Assembly: GCA_002104905.1 (NCBI GenBank)
Contig: MCFE01000311.1
Span: 33,561-97,560, forward strand
Reading direction: 5' to 3'
Source of the DNA: Basidiobolus meristosporus CBS 931.73
Lineage: Eukaryota > Fungi > Basidiobolomycota
Length of the DNA stretch: 64,000 bases
In this document: one piece after another, positions 12,038-23,838 of the stretch
Layout: each line of letters opens with the position of its first letter
How positions within the stretch are numbered: the first letter of the stretch is position 1
Notes under the pieces: model-generated
What the model was told of the DNA's origin: nothing
Seen by the model: only the letters and a program-made list of their open reading frames with translations
Databases searched by the model: none
Made by a program: the position numbers and the translations under genes

Positions 12038-15000
12038 CCTGGTCTTCAACTGGCACTGCATGATCATATACCTCCTCTGCCAGTCTTTGCAATAGGTCCT
12101 TGCAATATGCAAGTGTGAATTCTTGCAAACTGCTCTTGAGCAAGTGTGACAACCTGTTCTCTACCGGCTATTGCCACAAAGCTCCACTGTGGGCATTATG
12201 GTACTCTTTGAAGCTGTTAATGTTGTTGCTTTGTCTGTCAGTGGGCTCTCAGTTTTGTCTACAATGTAGGATGTCAACGAGTTGATTGAAAAATTGCTTT
12301 GCTCTGCATACCCATCTCTCACATGGATACATAGCTCTACATGTTGCGGCTCCAACTACTGAGTAAACAGCTAATTTCTTCTGCTAATTCTTATCAGCTA
12401 ATTTTGGATTCACACTGTTGCTGACTTATTGCAAAGATTGGTGAGGACAGCAGCCATTTTCTTACACCTCCCTGTCTCTGGTTTTGGTAGACTTCTTTTC
12501 CTTTCTGTTGCCTTTATCACTGCCTGGTCTTTCACTAATGCTTTGTCTGAGGGCTTCCTGTATTGAACTACATTTTCTCTTTGATCAATGATGCACTGGT
12601 ATTGTGCATCAACATTTAAAACTTGGCCTATTTTACTCCATTAAAAACTCTAGTACCCTAGCTGATTTTCCCTCACCCAAACATAACTAATCCCAGGAAT
12701 GGTTTATTTTATCACTTCTCAGAATCTATTTTTAGCTGTCACTCCTGATCAATTTTCATGTGGCTATTACATCTTCAACTGATCTGCTAGACCTTTCCAA
12801 GTGATTAGTCATCTGAGATCCATCCAACCAGTTAGCAGTTGCCAAGACATCAGCAATTAATGATGCAATCTCTCATCTATCTTATACACCTATGAACACA
12901 CCAACAGATTTCAATTAGTCCAGTCTCTTAATGCTTACTAATACAACTTGATCAGAAAAATATAAAAAAAGTTTACAAAACCTTTTAGTTTAGTATGAGT
13001 CACAACAAAATCAAGATTGTGCTTCAGTAAAATTAAGAATTCAACAATTCTGCTCTAGTTACCACCCAAGCCTAGCATATCTTGCACTCCCAAGGAAACC
13101 AAGCCTAGCCTGCATAGCAAACCAACTCCCTATGAAAAATTATTGAGATGATCCTGTCAAAAGGCTGTCACAAAGGTGAATTCCCATCACTAAGAGGTAC
13201 TGATCTTTTCAGGACACCATCCAGAGACTGTTGAAAAATAATCTACCCCAGATTTCACAAAAAACTTTGTCAAAATTTTTCATCACAACAATGTATAAGT
13301 GGCTTTTGATTGGTTTCCTGCCAATTTGCTCACTTTCTAATCCTGGACACTCTGTTGCCTGCTATGTTTGTGTGCATTGATTGGCTATAGCCTCTTTTTC
13401 ACACCCCTTACTTCCTGATTCAGCCATTTCTCTTACTTTTCATGCATACAAATTGATTTATTTACATTGAAGCTTTGGTTGTACTCTAATTGCCAATTGT
13501 ATTAACCTATACAGGTTCCTATACCCTGCACTCACATGAAGCCCAACCCCACACACAACTAGTAACTCCATCAAAATCCACCACTCAATAAGTATTTCTG
13601 CTGTAATGCTCTAGTTCCACAGCTTTGGCGGGAACCCAATGGCTTTATGCCACTTTTCAGTTACTGGTTCCCATACATCCTGGTCTTCAGCCAGCACTAC
13701 AAGGTCTAGCACCTTATCTGCCAGTCTTTGCAATAAATCCTTGCAATATTCCAGTGCATTTTCTTGAGCACCCCTCTTGAAGAAGTGCTGCAACCACTTG
13801 GTGTGCCAATTAATGTGCCAAAACTTCACTAAAGGCATTGTGATAGTCTTTTGAGCTCTTGACATTATAGCCTTGTCTGTCAGTGGGATCTCCACTCTGT
13901 CAACAATGTAAGATATGGAGGCTGTGGTAGACAAATTGCCTTTTTCAACAAACTCATCTACCTTGCTGGAGTGAAGTTTAACTGGCTGCACTTCCAGCTC
14001 TTGTGAAAACAGCTGTTTTTGTGTTGCTAATTCTTCTTGGTTATGATGGGATTCAGTCTGTTCCTGGCTTGCAGCATTAATTGGCAAGTACTGCAGTTTT
14101 TTTTGCATGCCTCCCTGTCTCAGGCTTGTATAGACATTTTTCCCTTTACCTTTTCCTTTATCACTGCCAGGTCTTTCACTGCTACTTTGTCTCAGTGCTT
14201 CTTGCAAAGAACTACTTTTTCTCCTTGGTAATTCTGCTCTGATGCATCTGTTTAGGTCTGCTTGTCCCTTGCTGGCACTCTTCTGGCAACCCAACATTTC
14301 TTTTCCACTTGTTTTGAGCTCTGAACCAAAGTTATGATGGGTACCTGTAAAAGCTGCTAGTTTTTATCACTGCCAGGCCCTACACTGCTACTTTGAATGG
14401 GTGCTTCTTGAGTATTACTACACTTTTTCCTTGATAATTGTTGTGATGGTGCATCCCTGTCTGTCTGCTTGTCCCTATTTGGCACTCTTCCAGCTTCCTG
14501 ACATCTCTTTGACACTTGTCTGGAGCTTTCAGCTTTGCTTGTAATGGGCTCTCAAGGAAGCCACTGGTTTTTAGCCATAACACCCGTGTTCTTCTGCCTG
14601 TGATAGTTTCTGCAATTCTTAAGATACTTTGTTAGCATACCAATGCTGGCCCAAAATCCATCTGCCCATTTGAATCTAGGATAATGCTCATGGACCAAGT
14701 CAAGTGCATTCTGCTTGGCCTTGAGTTCCTGATGGTCCCATGGTATGCTGGCCTTAAGGTGGTGGCATGCTAGACTTCTAACAGCCTCTTGTATATTACT
14801 GTTGTTGTGCTTTAAAGACTGTACAATGTTCCTCTGCTGTTACATTGGGAAATGACTCAATTCTTGGCTGTAACATTGAGCTACTTGAGTTCCTTCTTTG
14901 CAGCAAAGATACTGCTTTCTCTACCTGGAATATTGATTGCTCTACATATGTTATCTGCTCATCCTGTTTCTGGACTATTTATGATTTCTCTGGGTCATTG

Positions 15001-17705
15001 CATCTATCCTATCAGCTGCTAGACCTAATTGCTTCATTAATGCTTTGGTACGAGCTGACAGCATACTTGCTAATATGAGTGGTGGTGATGTTATGATAGC
15101 CACTTGCTGGTCTTCAACTGAGGGTACAGTGTTTGCTTCATTCTCATCTGCCTGAGCATAATGGTCAGCTTGTGGCTCTGCAGAGGTACTCAATTACCTA
15201 CTTGACTGAGAGCCTGAGGAGTCTGCATTATTACCTTCAGTGGGCACAGTGTTAACATGGCCTTTTTTGGATGTAGCCCTGCTTGTTGCACTGAATGTCA
15301 AAGCAAACTGTTGTCCAACCATTTTTCTGTTGCCCTCAGTGGTGGGGTTTGGTTAAACACCAGACAGCTTTGCTCTATTTTTTGGCGGCATATATATGGA
15401 AGTAGGTCAAACCAAAGGGGAAATAGTGTTACATATACATGTGTAGGTGGCACCACAACCTTATTTATAATGCTTAATATGGCAGGTCATCAATGAATCT
15501 TACATTCACGTAGGTGTAATTTCTCAAATATAAGATTGTCTTAAGTTCCCATGAGTATTAACCAAAAAGTGATATAATAGCATTATGTTGTTGAAGGTCA
15601 AACTGTTTGCCCCATGGATAAGACTACTTTGACTCAACACTGTAAGAGGAGAGAAAAAAGACCATGTGGCTATTAGACTTGCTCCATTGTACTGTGCCAG
15701 GGTGCGTGGCACAATCTGCAGTCACTAAGATCAATCAAGCGCAATAATGTAGCTACCAGTAGGCAGGATTGCTCTTGGACAATTTTGCACCATGTGGGAC
15801 AATGTAGCACACTATGGCACAATCTGACACAATGAGGTTGGCACAAATGATTGTGCCCACTTGTAATGTTTGCTTCACATGCGCAATTGGATGCCGCTAT
15901 TATGGTAGGTAAAATCCAGTATTTGGATATGCTTCTTTAATGTAAATGGAAATATATACATATCACTCTAGAAACTACACTGATACTTACCATTTTGGCT
16001 ACCATCACTCCAATTGGATGGTATCTCAGTGGTTAACTGGTCCAAAAGTATCCTGAAGCTGTCAGCCCCAATTGGCTCTTTGACCAATACACAAGCTACG
16101 TGATTTGATATCAAATATCCTATTTTGCCCATTGAGCAAGTAAATCCCTGATCCTAGTGATTGGACAAGGTGTCATAGCTAGCATGCAACCAGTTGTATG
16201 GGTGCAAATCAGATCAAATGGCTGCACTGGTGCCACAGATGATGTAAACATATGCAGGGTGTTTATATATAGGGGTCCTGTCTCAAATGTGAGACAACCT
16301 TGATATTGCTTATATCAAAAGTTTAGTGATCACTGATTTGCAATGGCTCAACGTGAATTGCAAATAAATGTGTTGTTTGGATCACTACAAATAATAGCTA
16401 TTCAATGCAATCACATCATCTTTTCCTAGGCTTTTTTCTCACAGGGATTACTACTGAAGCATTTGGTAGTGATTCACTTTGCACACCTAAACTTCTTTCT
16501 TGTTAACTATCCTCTTGGCTACCTGTGCATTTGTAATCAGTATTTTGCCTCCTAGTTGATGAGTGCAATGCTGCAGCTTGGCCATGCTGAATTGCTCCAG
16601 ATGATGCAACAGAGCTGGCCTGCAGTGCTACGTGCTGATGTGCTCTTTTACTTACCAAAGGCTCTGGTGGTGGAGGCACTTCATGTGGGTCATCATTGGT
16701 CAGTTCACCAGAAGAAACTTGCAGATGGTCAGGTGTAATGGCAAGCATAGATGCAACTGACATGGCCCTTGGCTGAGTTCAATGTGATGCCACTTGTTGA
16801 CGCAACTTGGCCTGCTCCAATGGACTTGTGTCTTTTTGAGTAGTTTGGTGGGTTCTGGTGGTTTTGCTCTGAAGCACATGCATTGACCCAATATGCATTG
16901 AGTCAATGCATGGCACTCTTGTGAAGGGTGTTGGTGTAGTTTGGACTGACATGCACTGGCACGCTGAAGTTGCAAGGGATGATAAGGAATCCAGCAAGGT
17001 ATGCTGGCACATTCTAGACAATGTTACTTGCCGTTTGTATTCTTCCTCTTGAAGCTCACCTCCTGATTCTTCAAGGTATTCACTTACCCTCTGTCTAATA
17101 CTTTGTAACAGTTGCCTGGATGAGTCCTGTGTATATTGCTCTTGGAGGCCACTTAGCTCTACTAATATATCATGTAATACATTAGTCATTTGAGGCAAAA
17201 ACTCATTCAAAATTGTCTTGGTTCCCAAAGTCAAGGCACAAACAAATGCATCCGGCCCGTACTGAGCAAATTGTGCGCAAAATTGTTGCCATACAGCTTC
17301 CTCATCAAATCCCCTCACTCTCAGCTCATTCTCAATTTTAATACTTATCTTGTTATATATCTTCTTACATACATCTGCTGGCATCTTGATGTAGAACTGA
17401 TGCCACAGCTTTCTACTTGGGTTCTTCCATATCTGTTGACTCTCTGAGGTATCTAGTTTTGCTAGATTAATGAGTAGTGCCCAAACATCTGTATGAAGGC
17501 TCATCATAGTTGAGTTTTCCATATATTATGCATGATGCATCTTGGATTGCATTGACACCAACCAGATCATATCAATTGCAGATTTCCTATTTGAATATAG
17601 ACTTGTGAGTAAACATCAATAAAGTTACCCAGTCATTGTTAGAGGATGATTTTTGCAACAGAATGATGGGATACATGGCAATTGATGGAGATTCAATCAT
17701 AATGC

Positions 17706-18611
17706 ATGGAAAATCAGGTAAATAAAGCTGATTGTGCCAAATTGATTCAAATCACCTCAGCCCAATCCTCCGCCAATTTTAATATAGCTTACTCATCTGA
17801 ATGGTCCTTTCTCATCAGTCCCATCACTACCACCAGATTTCCATTTGACACACTAGAAGAGTTCTATACTAAGTACTGTGGACCATCTACCCCAATCTAC
17901 TCAAGGAAATCCCTTGTTGAGCTTCTCTGGTATTACAAGAACTATTGCCCTACAAGGTTTCATCCCACCATCCATGGCAACAAAAGTCCTAGAAGCTTTC
18001 ATTCCCAGCTGACAGCAAAAGAGAACCACCTTGCAGAGGGTATGAATGACTTAGAGCAAGCTTGGAGTACTAGGTTCAGAAGCTCCAATAGACTTCTATA
18101 TCCCAGAGTGATCAGCACCAGGTCCCATATAAGGAGTATTTTGGACATCTTCCCTGTCAGGATTAGCAGGCCTTCTAGAGGGCAGAGGCACTTTTATGCT
18201 GGCAAGTACAAGGCACACTGTGTGAAGTTTCAAGCACTGTCTGACATTGAGGGTAACATCATCTGGTTTAGTGGGCCATTTGCTGGAAGTAGGCATGACT
18301 AAGCACTCTGGGTAGCAAATCATCCAGAATTCAGTAGAGGGGAGAAATGTATGGCAGACTTAGCTTATGTAGGAGAGGATTGTCAGAGATTAGGATGTAA
18401 TACAGCTTATAGAAAGCCAACAAATGGTGTGCTTAGCAGGAAGCAGAAGATCTACAATGAGATATTTAGTCATTTCAGAGTGAGGGTAGAGAATACATTT
18501 GGATATCTGAAGAGATTCAGCAAATTGGCAGGTAAATACAGAGGAAAGTCATATATAGGAGAAAACAGCAGAATAGGTAAAATAGTTAAGATACTTATCA
18601 ATGCACAGTAG
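17706..18611 (+). pseudogene. DDE_Tnp_4-type transposase of Pangu-like copy 1 (one internal stop; C-terminus cut off by the copy 2 insertion)
   Basis: ILDIFPV / GSRHD / MADLAY / RVENTFGYLKRF motifs; near-identical to 18793-19677. Confidence 0.85.
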
Positions 18612-18792
18612 ACTTGTTCCGTTGGATAGTGCCACATAGTGCCAGCCGGTTTATAGTGCTGGATCAATCTGGCACTCTACAGCACTACCCGGCACTATAA
18701 TTTCTACCATGATGCCAGTGGTATGATACAGTTACTGGTAATTTTACTCAATCTTACTTATGTTGCTCAGAATAGTGCTTTCCTTGCTTTAT

Positions 18793-19677
18793 TTATTCTT
18801 CATAATGCTCCAGACACATTTCTCTCAGTGGATGTCTTCTTGTATGAACATACCGTGCATTGATAAGTATCTTAACTATTTTACCTATTCTGCTGTTTTC
18901 TCCTATATATGACTTTCCTCTGTATTTACCTGCCAATATGCTGAATCTCTTCAGATATCCAAATGTGTGCTCTACCCTTACTCTGAAATGATTAAATATC
19001 TCATTGTAGAGCTTCTGCTTCCTGCTAAGCACACCATTCCTTGGCTTCCTATAAGCTGTAATACATCCTAATCTCTGACAATCCTCTCCTATATAGGCCA
19101 AGTCTGCCATACATTTCTCCCCTCTACTGAATTCAGGATGATTCTCTACCCAGAGTGCTTTGTCATGCCTACTTCCAGCAAATGGCCCACTAAACCAGAT
19201 GATGTTACCCTCAATGTCAGACAGTGCTTGAAACTTCACACAGTGTGCCTTGTACTTGCCAGAATAAAAGTGCCTCTGCCCTCTAGAAGGTCTGTTAATC
19301 CTCACTGGGAAGGTATCCAAAATACTCCTGATATGGAACCTGTTGCTGAACACTCTGGGATATGGAAGTCTATTGGAGCTTCTGAACCTAGTATTCCAAG
19401 CTTGCTCTAAGTCATTCATACCCTCTGCAAGGTGGTTCTCCATTGCTGTCAGCTGGGAATGAAAGCTTCTAGGACTTTTGTTGCCATGGATGGTGGGATG
19501 AAACCTTGTAGGGCAATAGTTCTTGTAATAGCAGAGAAGCTTAACAAGGGATTTCCTTGAGTAGATTGGGGTTGATGGTCCACAGTACTTGGAATAGATC
19601 TCCTCCAGTGTGTCAAAAGGAAATCCAGTGGTAGTGATGGGATTGATGAGAAAAGACCATTCAGATGAGTAAGTCAT
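18793..19677 (-). CDS. Intact DDE transposase (PIF/Harbinger-IS5 superfamily, DDE_Tnp_4-like), 294 aa
   Basis: Uninterrupted ORF. Catalytic-type motifs ILDTFP, FYSGKYKAHCVKFQ, GPFAGSRHD, MADLAY, RVRVEHTFGYLKRF, plus an N-terminal HTH-like segment. Confidence 0.9.
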   Translation of the reverse strand: MTYSSEWSFLINPITTTGFPFDTLEEIYSKYCGPSTPIYSRKSLVKLLCYYKNYCPTRFHPTIHGNKSPRSFHSQLTAMENHLAEGMNDLEQAWNTRFRSSNRLPYPRVFSNRFHIRSILDTFPVRINRPSRGQRHFYSGKYKAHCVKFQALSDIEGNIIWFSGPFAGSRHDKALWVENHPEFSRGEKCMADLAYIGEDCQRLGCITAYRKPRNGVLSRKQKLYNEIFNHFRVRVEHTFGYLKRFSILAGKYRGKSYIGENSRIGKIVKILINARYVHTRRHPLREMCLEHYEE

Positions 19678-20129
19678 ATTAAAATTGATGGATGATTGTA
19701 TGGAGGCGGTTTGAATCGATTTGGCGCGATCTGCGTTATTTATCTGATTTTTAACACATTATGGTTAAATCTCCATCAATTGCCATGTATCCCATCATTA
19801 TGTCGCAAAAATCATCCGCAAACAATGCCTTGGTACTTTTATTGATGCTTTAATCATAGGTCTATAATCAAATAGGAAATCTGCGATTGATGTGATCTGA
19901 TCCGTGTCAACGCAATCCAAGATGCATCAAGCATAATATATGGAAAATTCAACAATCACTTTAGTTTTCATATATATTTCATATAAGACCAGGTTGATGC
20001 CAATTTACTGCTGTATAAGTATCCAAATCCGTTGCTATTGTCCCCATACCAAGCCTCAACTCATCTTTAGTACAACCCAAACAAAACCCATCCCCCAGCT
20101 CACAAGCGCGGTCCGGACCGGAAAAGTCA

Positions 20130-21299
20130 ATGTCGGATCCGTTTGAGTTCTTGCCAAATGATTTTAGTATGGCCCAAGTGTCTATGATGAGCCTTCATAC
20201 AGATATTTGGGCACTACTGATTAATCTAGCAGAACTAGATACCTCAGAGAGTCAACAAAGATAGAAGAATTTGAGTAGAAAGCTGTGGCATGAGTTCTAC
20301 ATCAAGATGCCAGCCAATGTATGTAAAAAGATATATAACAAGACAAGTATTGAAATCAAGAATGAGCTGAGAGTGAGGGGATTTGACAAGGAAGCCGCGC
20401 GGGAACAATTTTGCGTGCAATTTGCACAGTACAGGCCGGACGCGTCCGTTCGTGCCTCAACTTTGGGAACCAAAGAGATTTTGAATGAGTTTTTGCCTCA
20501 AATGACTAATGTACTACGTGATATATTAGTAGAGCTAAGTGGCTTCCAAGAGCAATATACACAGGACTCATCCAGGCAACAGCTCCAAAGTATCAGACAG
20601 AGGGTAAGTGAATACCTTGAGGAATCAGATGGTGAGCTTCAGGAGGAAGAATACAGACCGCGAGCAACATTGTCCAGATCGCGCCAGCACGCCTTGCTGG
20701 ATTCCCTACCATCTCTTGGAACCACAGTGCGCCGGCGCACGTCAGTCCAGACCACGCCAACACCCTTTACCAGAACGCCCCGCGTCGAGTCAACGCGCAT
20801 TGAGTCAACGCGCATCGGGTCAACGCGTGCGCCTCAGAGCAAAACTACCAGAACTCGCCAAACTGCTCATTTAGACACAAGTCCATTGGAGCGGACCGAG
20901 TCGCGTCAACATGCGGCATCACATTGAACTCAGCCAAGGGTCATCTCAACGCGTCAAGGCGCGCCTGCGCGTGCCGTTTTGCCTGACCATCAGCAAGTTA
21001 CTTCTGGTGAACTGACTGATGATGACCAACATGAAGTGACTCAACCACCGGAGCCCTTGGCAAGTAAAAGAACGCGTCAGCGCGTGGCACTACAGGCCGG
21101 TTCAGTTGGTTCAGTCGGAGCAATTCAGCGCGGCCAAGCTGCAGCATTGCACTCACCAACTAGGAGGCAAAATACTGACTACGAATACACAAGTAGCCAA
21201 GATGATAGTCAGCCAGGAAGTAGTATAGGTGTGCAAAGTGAGTCACTACCAAATGCTTCAGTAGTAATCCCTGTGAGAAAAAAACCCAGGAGAAGATGA
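20130..21299 (+). pseudogene. Second gene (ORF2) of the Pangu-like element; unknown function; C-terminal NLS-like KKPRRR
   Basis: One frame from ATG 20130 (MSDPFEFLPNDF) to 21299 with in-frame stops at ~20262 and 20925. Homologous decayed copies at 16430-17522 (-) and ~48600-49749 (+). Confidence 0.7.
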
Positions 21300-22674
21300 T
21301 GCGATTGCTTTGAATCACTCACATTTGTAATGATCCCAACAACCCTTTTTTTTTGCGATCCAAATCAAGCCATTGCAAATCAGTGATCATCAAATTTTTG
21401 ATATAAGTAATATCAAGGTCGTCTCACATTTGAGACAGAACCCCTATAAATAAACACCCTGCATATATATACGTCATCTGTAATACCAGTGCAGCTATTG
21501 GATCTGTTTTGCACCTACACAATCGCTTGCGTGCTAGCTATGACACCTTGCCCAATCACTAGGATCAGGGATTTACTTGCTCAATGGGCAAAATGGGATA
21601 TTTGATGGCGAATCAGGTAGCTTTTTCAGTAGTCAATGAGCCAATTGGGGGCTGCCAGCTTCAGGATACTTTTGGACCAATTAACCACTGAGATACCGTC
21701 CAATTGGAGTGAGGGTAACCAAAATGGTAAGTATCAGTGTAGTTTATAGTGTGATACACATTTATTTCCATTTACATTAAAGAAACATATCCATATACCG
21801 GATTTTACCTGCCATTATAGCGGTATCCGATTGCGCACGTGATGCAAGCATTACAAGTTGGCGCAATCATCCGTGCCAACCTCATCGTGTCAGATTGTGC
21901 CATAGTGTGCGAGATCGTCCCGCATAGTGCAAAATTGTCTAAGAACAATCCTGCCTTCTGGTAGCTATAATATCGCACCCAATCGTTCTTTGCAACCGCG
22001 GATTGCGCCGCACGCCCTGGCATGGTACAATGGAACAAATCTAGTATATTCAAACAAGAAGACATCCACTAAGTGAAATGTGTCTGGAGCATTATGAAGA
22101 GTAAATAAAGCAAGGAGAGCACTACTCTGAGCAACACAAGTAAGTTTGAGTACAATTACCAGTAACTATATCCTACCACTGGCATTATGGTAGATATTAT
22201 AGTGCCAGATAGTGCCAGATCAATCAATCCAAGTGTATATTATTATCTGCATTGGAGATACCCCAGCCATCAGCAAGATAGCAGGTTTTCTGGGCACAAT
22301 GGATGGTATTGCTGTCAAATGTGTGAGATCCAGGGGATTTACTTCATAACTCACACACACTACTATTACCCAAACACTAGCACTAAGAACATCATCTTTC
22401 CACAGAGGGAATGTACAGAAGTCAGCATGCAATTGCAGCAAAGCTGGCATGCTATAAGTCATCAGCCGGAAAATGGAATCAATTGGAAACTGGAGATATT
22501 CAAGATAGAGGGTATCTGTTGGAGCAAAGCTTTCCACTGGGAGCAATGCATTTGCTTTTCAACAACATCTCTATACTGATGACCAAGTTGTACATTGGGC
22601 ATTTCAAGCTAAATGAGCCCTTCAAGATACCAGAGAAATTTGAAAGAATTGGCAAGATATTACAGAGTATCCGC

Positions 22675-23745
22675 TTTAGTGGGGTGACAGTGACACCCAC
22701 TGACAGCTGTGCTCATTCCCATTTTTTCTACTTCCCTATATATCTACTACACTTATTTAGTTTTATCCCATTTGTCTTACCTGATCAGTACTATCCCATA
22801 CGCCAGCTGACTATCACACCTGCTTACCTTATTGCATAAATTATCCCTCACTTTATGTAAGATTACTAGCTATAAGTACTTCTATATTGGGCAAGTACCT
22901 GCACCTGTACCCATGACACATGATCAACCCGCGTCACCATCCCTACCATTTCCATACCATATATGGTATCCCTATGTTACACAGGTTTCAGAGTACTGAT
23001 TCCTCATTGGTTGGATGTGCTCTGCCTCTTAGAACCTTCTGGCACCTACTTAGAACATACTTAGGTCATTCTGATGTCATTAAGACTTCTATTGATATCT
23101 AGAACCTTCTGGAACACCATAATTGGTATTAACTTAGCCAGTGAGAAAAATATATAAGGGAGGCTATCCTTCAACAATAAATCATCATCCCTTTTATCAA
23201 TATACCAACTTGTTAATTAGTGTGAACACTGCTACCTGCTGCTACCTGGACTTCCAACTCCAGACCACAGGATACTCCCAGGAAACCAAGCTGACTGCCA
23301 ACTGACCTTGGAGGCACTAATTGTGTGGAATATTCAGAGTAGGCATCTTTTATTATATTTGATTCTTTCCCAGGTTTGCTCTTATATAGGCAAAGATACT
23401 TTTCTGTTGTTGTAACTATTGACCACAGCTGCATTCTTATCAGGTCCTTGCTGGTGGAGTTTATAGTTGTTTTGACTTTTGGAAGCTTTAGTACATTGTC
23501 ATCTCAAAGGACATTGAACCCAGCACATACTTTTGTTAAGATGCCAACCAAGTTGGGGATTGTAGCTCAATAGTTTTCCCTTGACAAGCTTGTGGCTTTA
23601 TTCCCCATCGCATTAGATTAGAGACAGAACCCAATTATTCCTAGCAAGCTTTTGCCAGAGGTTATTGCACCCAGTGAGCACCCTACACACAAAACACTTA
23701 AGAAGTGTTGGACATATCTCTCCCTTGGACTTATACACCACCACA
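22675..23745 (+). mobile_element. Solo LTR, family LTR-B, inserted in the CACTA B transposase
   Basis: Termini T(T)TAGTGGGG...CACCACA, homologous to the reverse complement of 60173-61040. 4-bp TSD CCGC/CCAC. TATA-like TATATAA ~23150 and AATAAA ~23177. Confidence 0.82.
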
Positions 23746-23838
23746 CCACTACCCTATATACTTCTCACAGGCTCCAAATAATACTCATACACATATGTAA
23801 CAAAAAAATGCAAAGACTGGATAAACTGGATATGTATT

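Larger units (their letters stand above)
18610..22042 (-). mobile_element. PHIS/Pangu-like DNA transposon copy 2 (3433 bp, best preserved)
   Basis: TIRs AGACTTGTTCC / GGAACAAATCT and perfect 3-bp TSD AGT. Subterminal TAGTGCCA/TGGCAC repeats. Divergent transposase and ORF2. Confidence 0.92.
15675..22230 (+). mobile_element. PHIS/Pangu-like DNA transposon copy 1 (interrupted by copy 2; transposase-side TIR lost)
   Basis: Left TIR AGACTTGCTCC after ATT. ORF2 remnant on the minus strand (~16430-17522) and transposase on the plus strand (17706-18609), resuming at 22043 with YIQTRRHPLSEMCLEHYEE*. Confidence 0.85.

Noticed and set aside
15980-16000. GATACTTACC resembling the U1 snRNA 5' end (also at ~44430)
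   Set aside because: It is simply the reverse complement of the GGTAAGTAT splice donor; no U1 stem-loops or Sm site were seen.
16779-17522. ORF2 of Pangu copy 1 beginning MENSTMMSL, suggesting precise intron loss
   Set aside because: The ~230 bp missing relative to copies 2 and 3 lacks GT-AG ends and removes the probable true ATG; it is an ordinary deletion.
20770-21090. Cluster of ACGCGT/ACGCG (MCB-like) motifs and a 15-bp x3 tandem repeat (20787-20831)
   Set aside because: They lie inside ORF2 and are explained by Thr-Arg (ACG-CGN) codon repeats; no evidence of promoter function.
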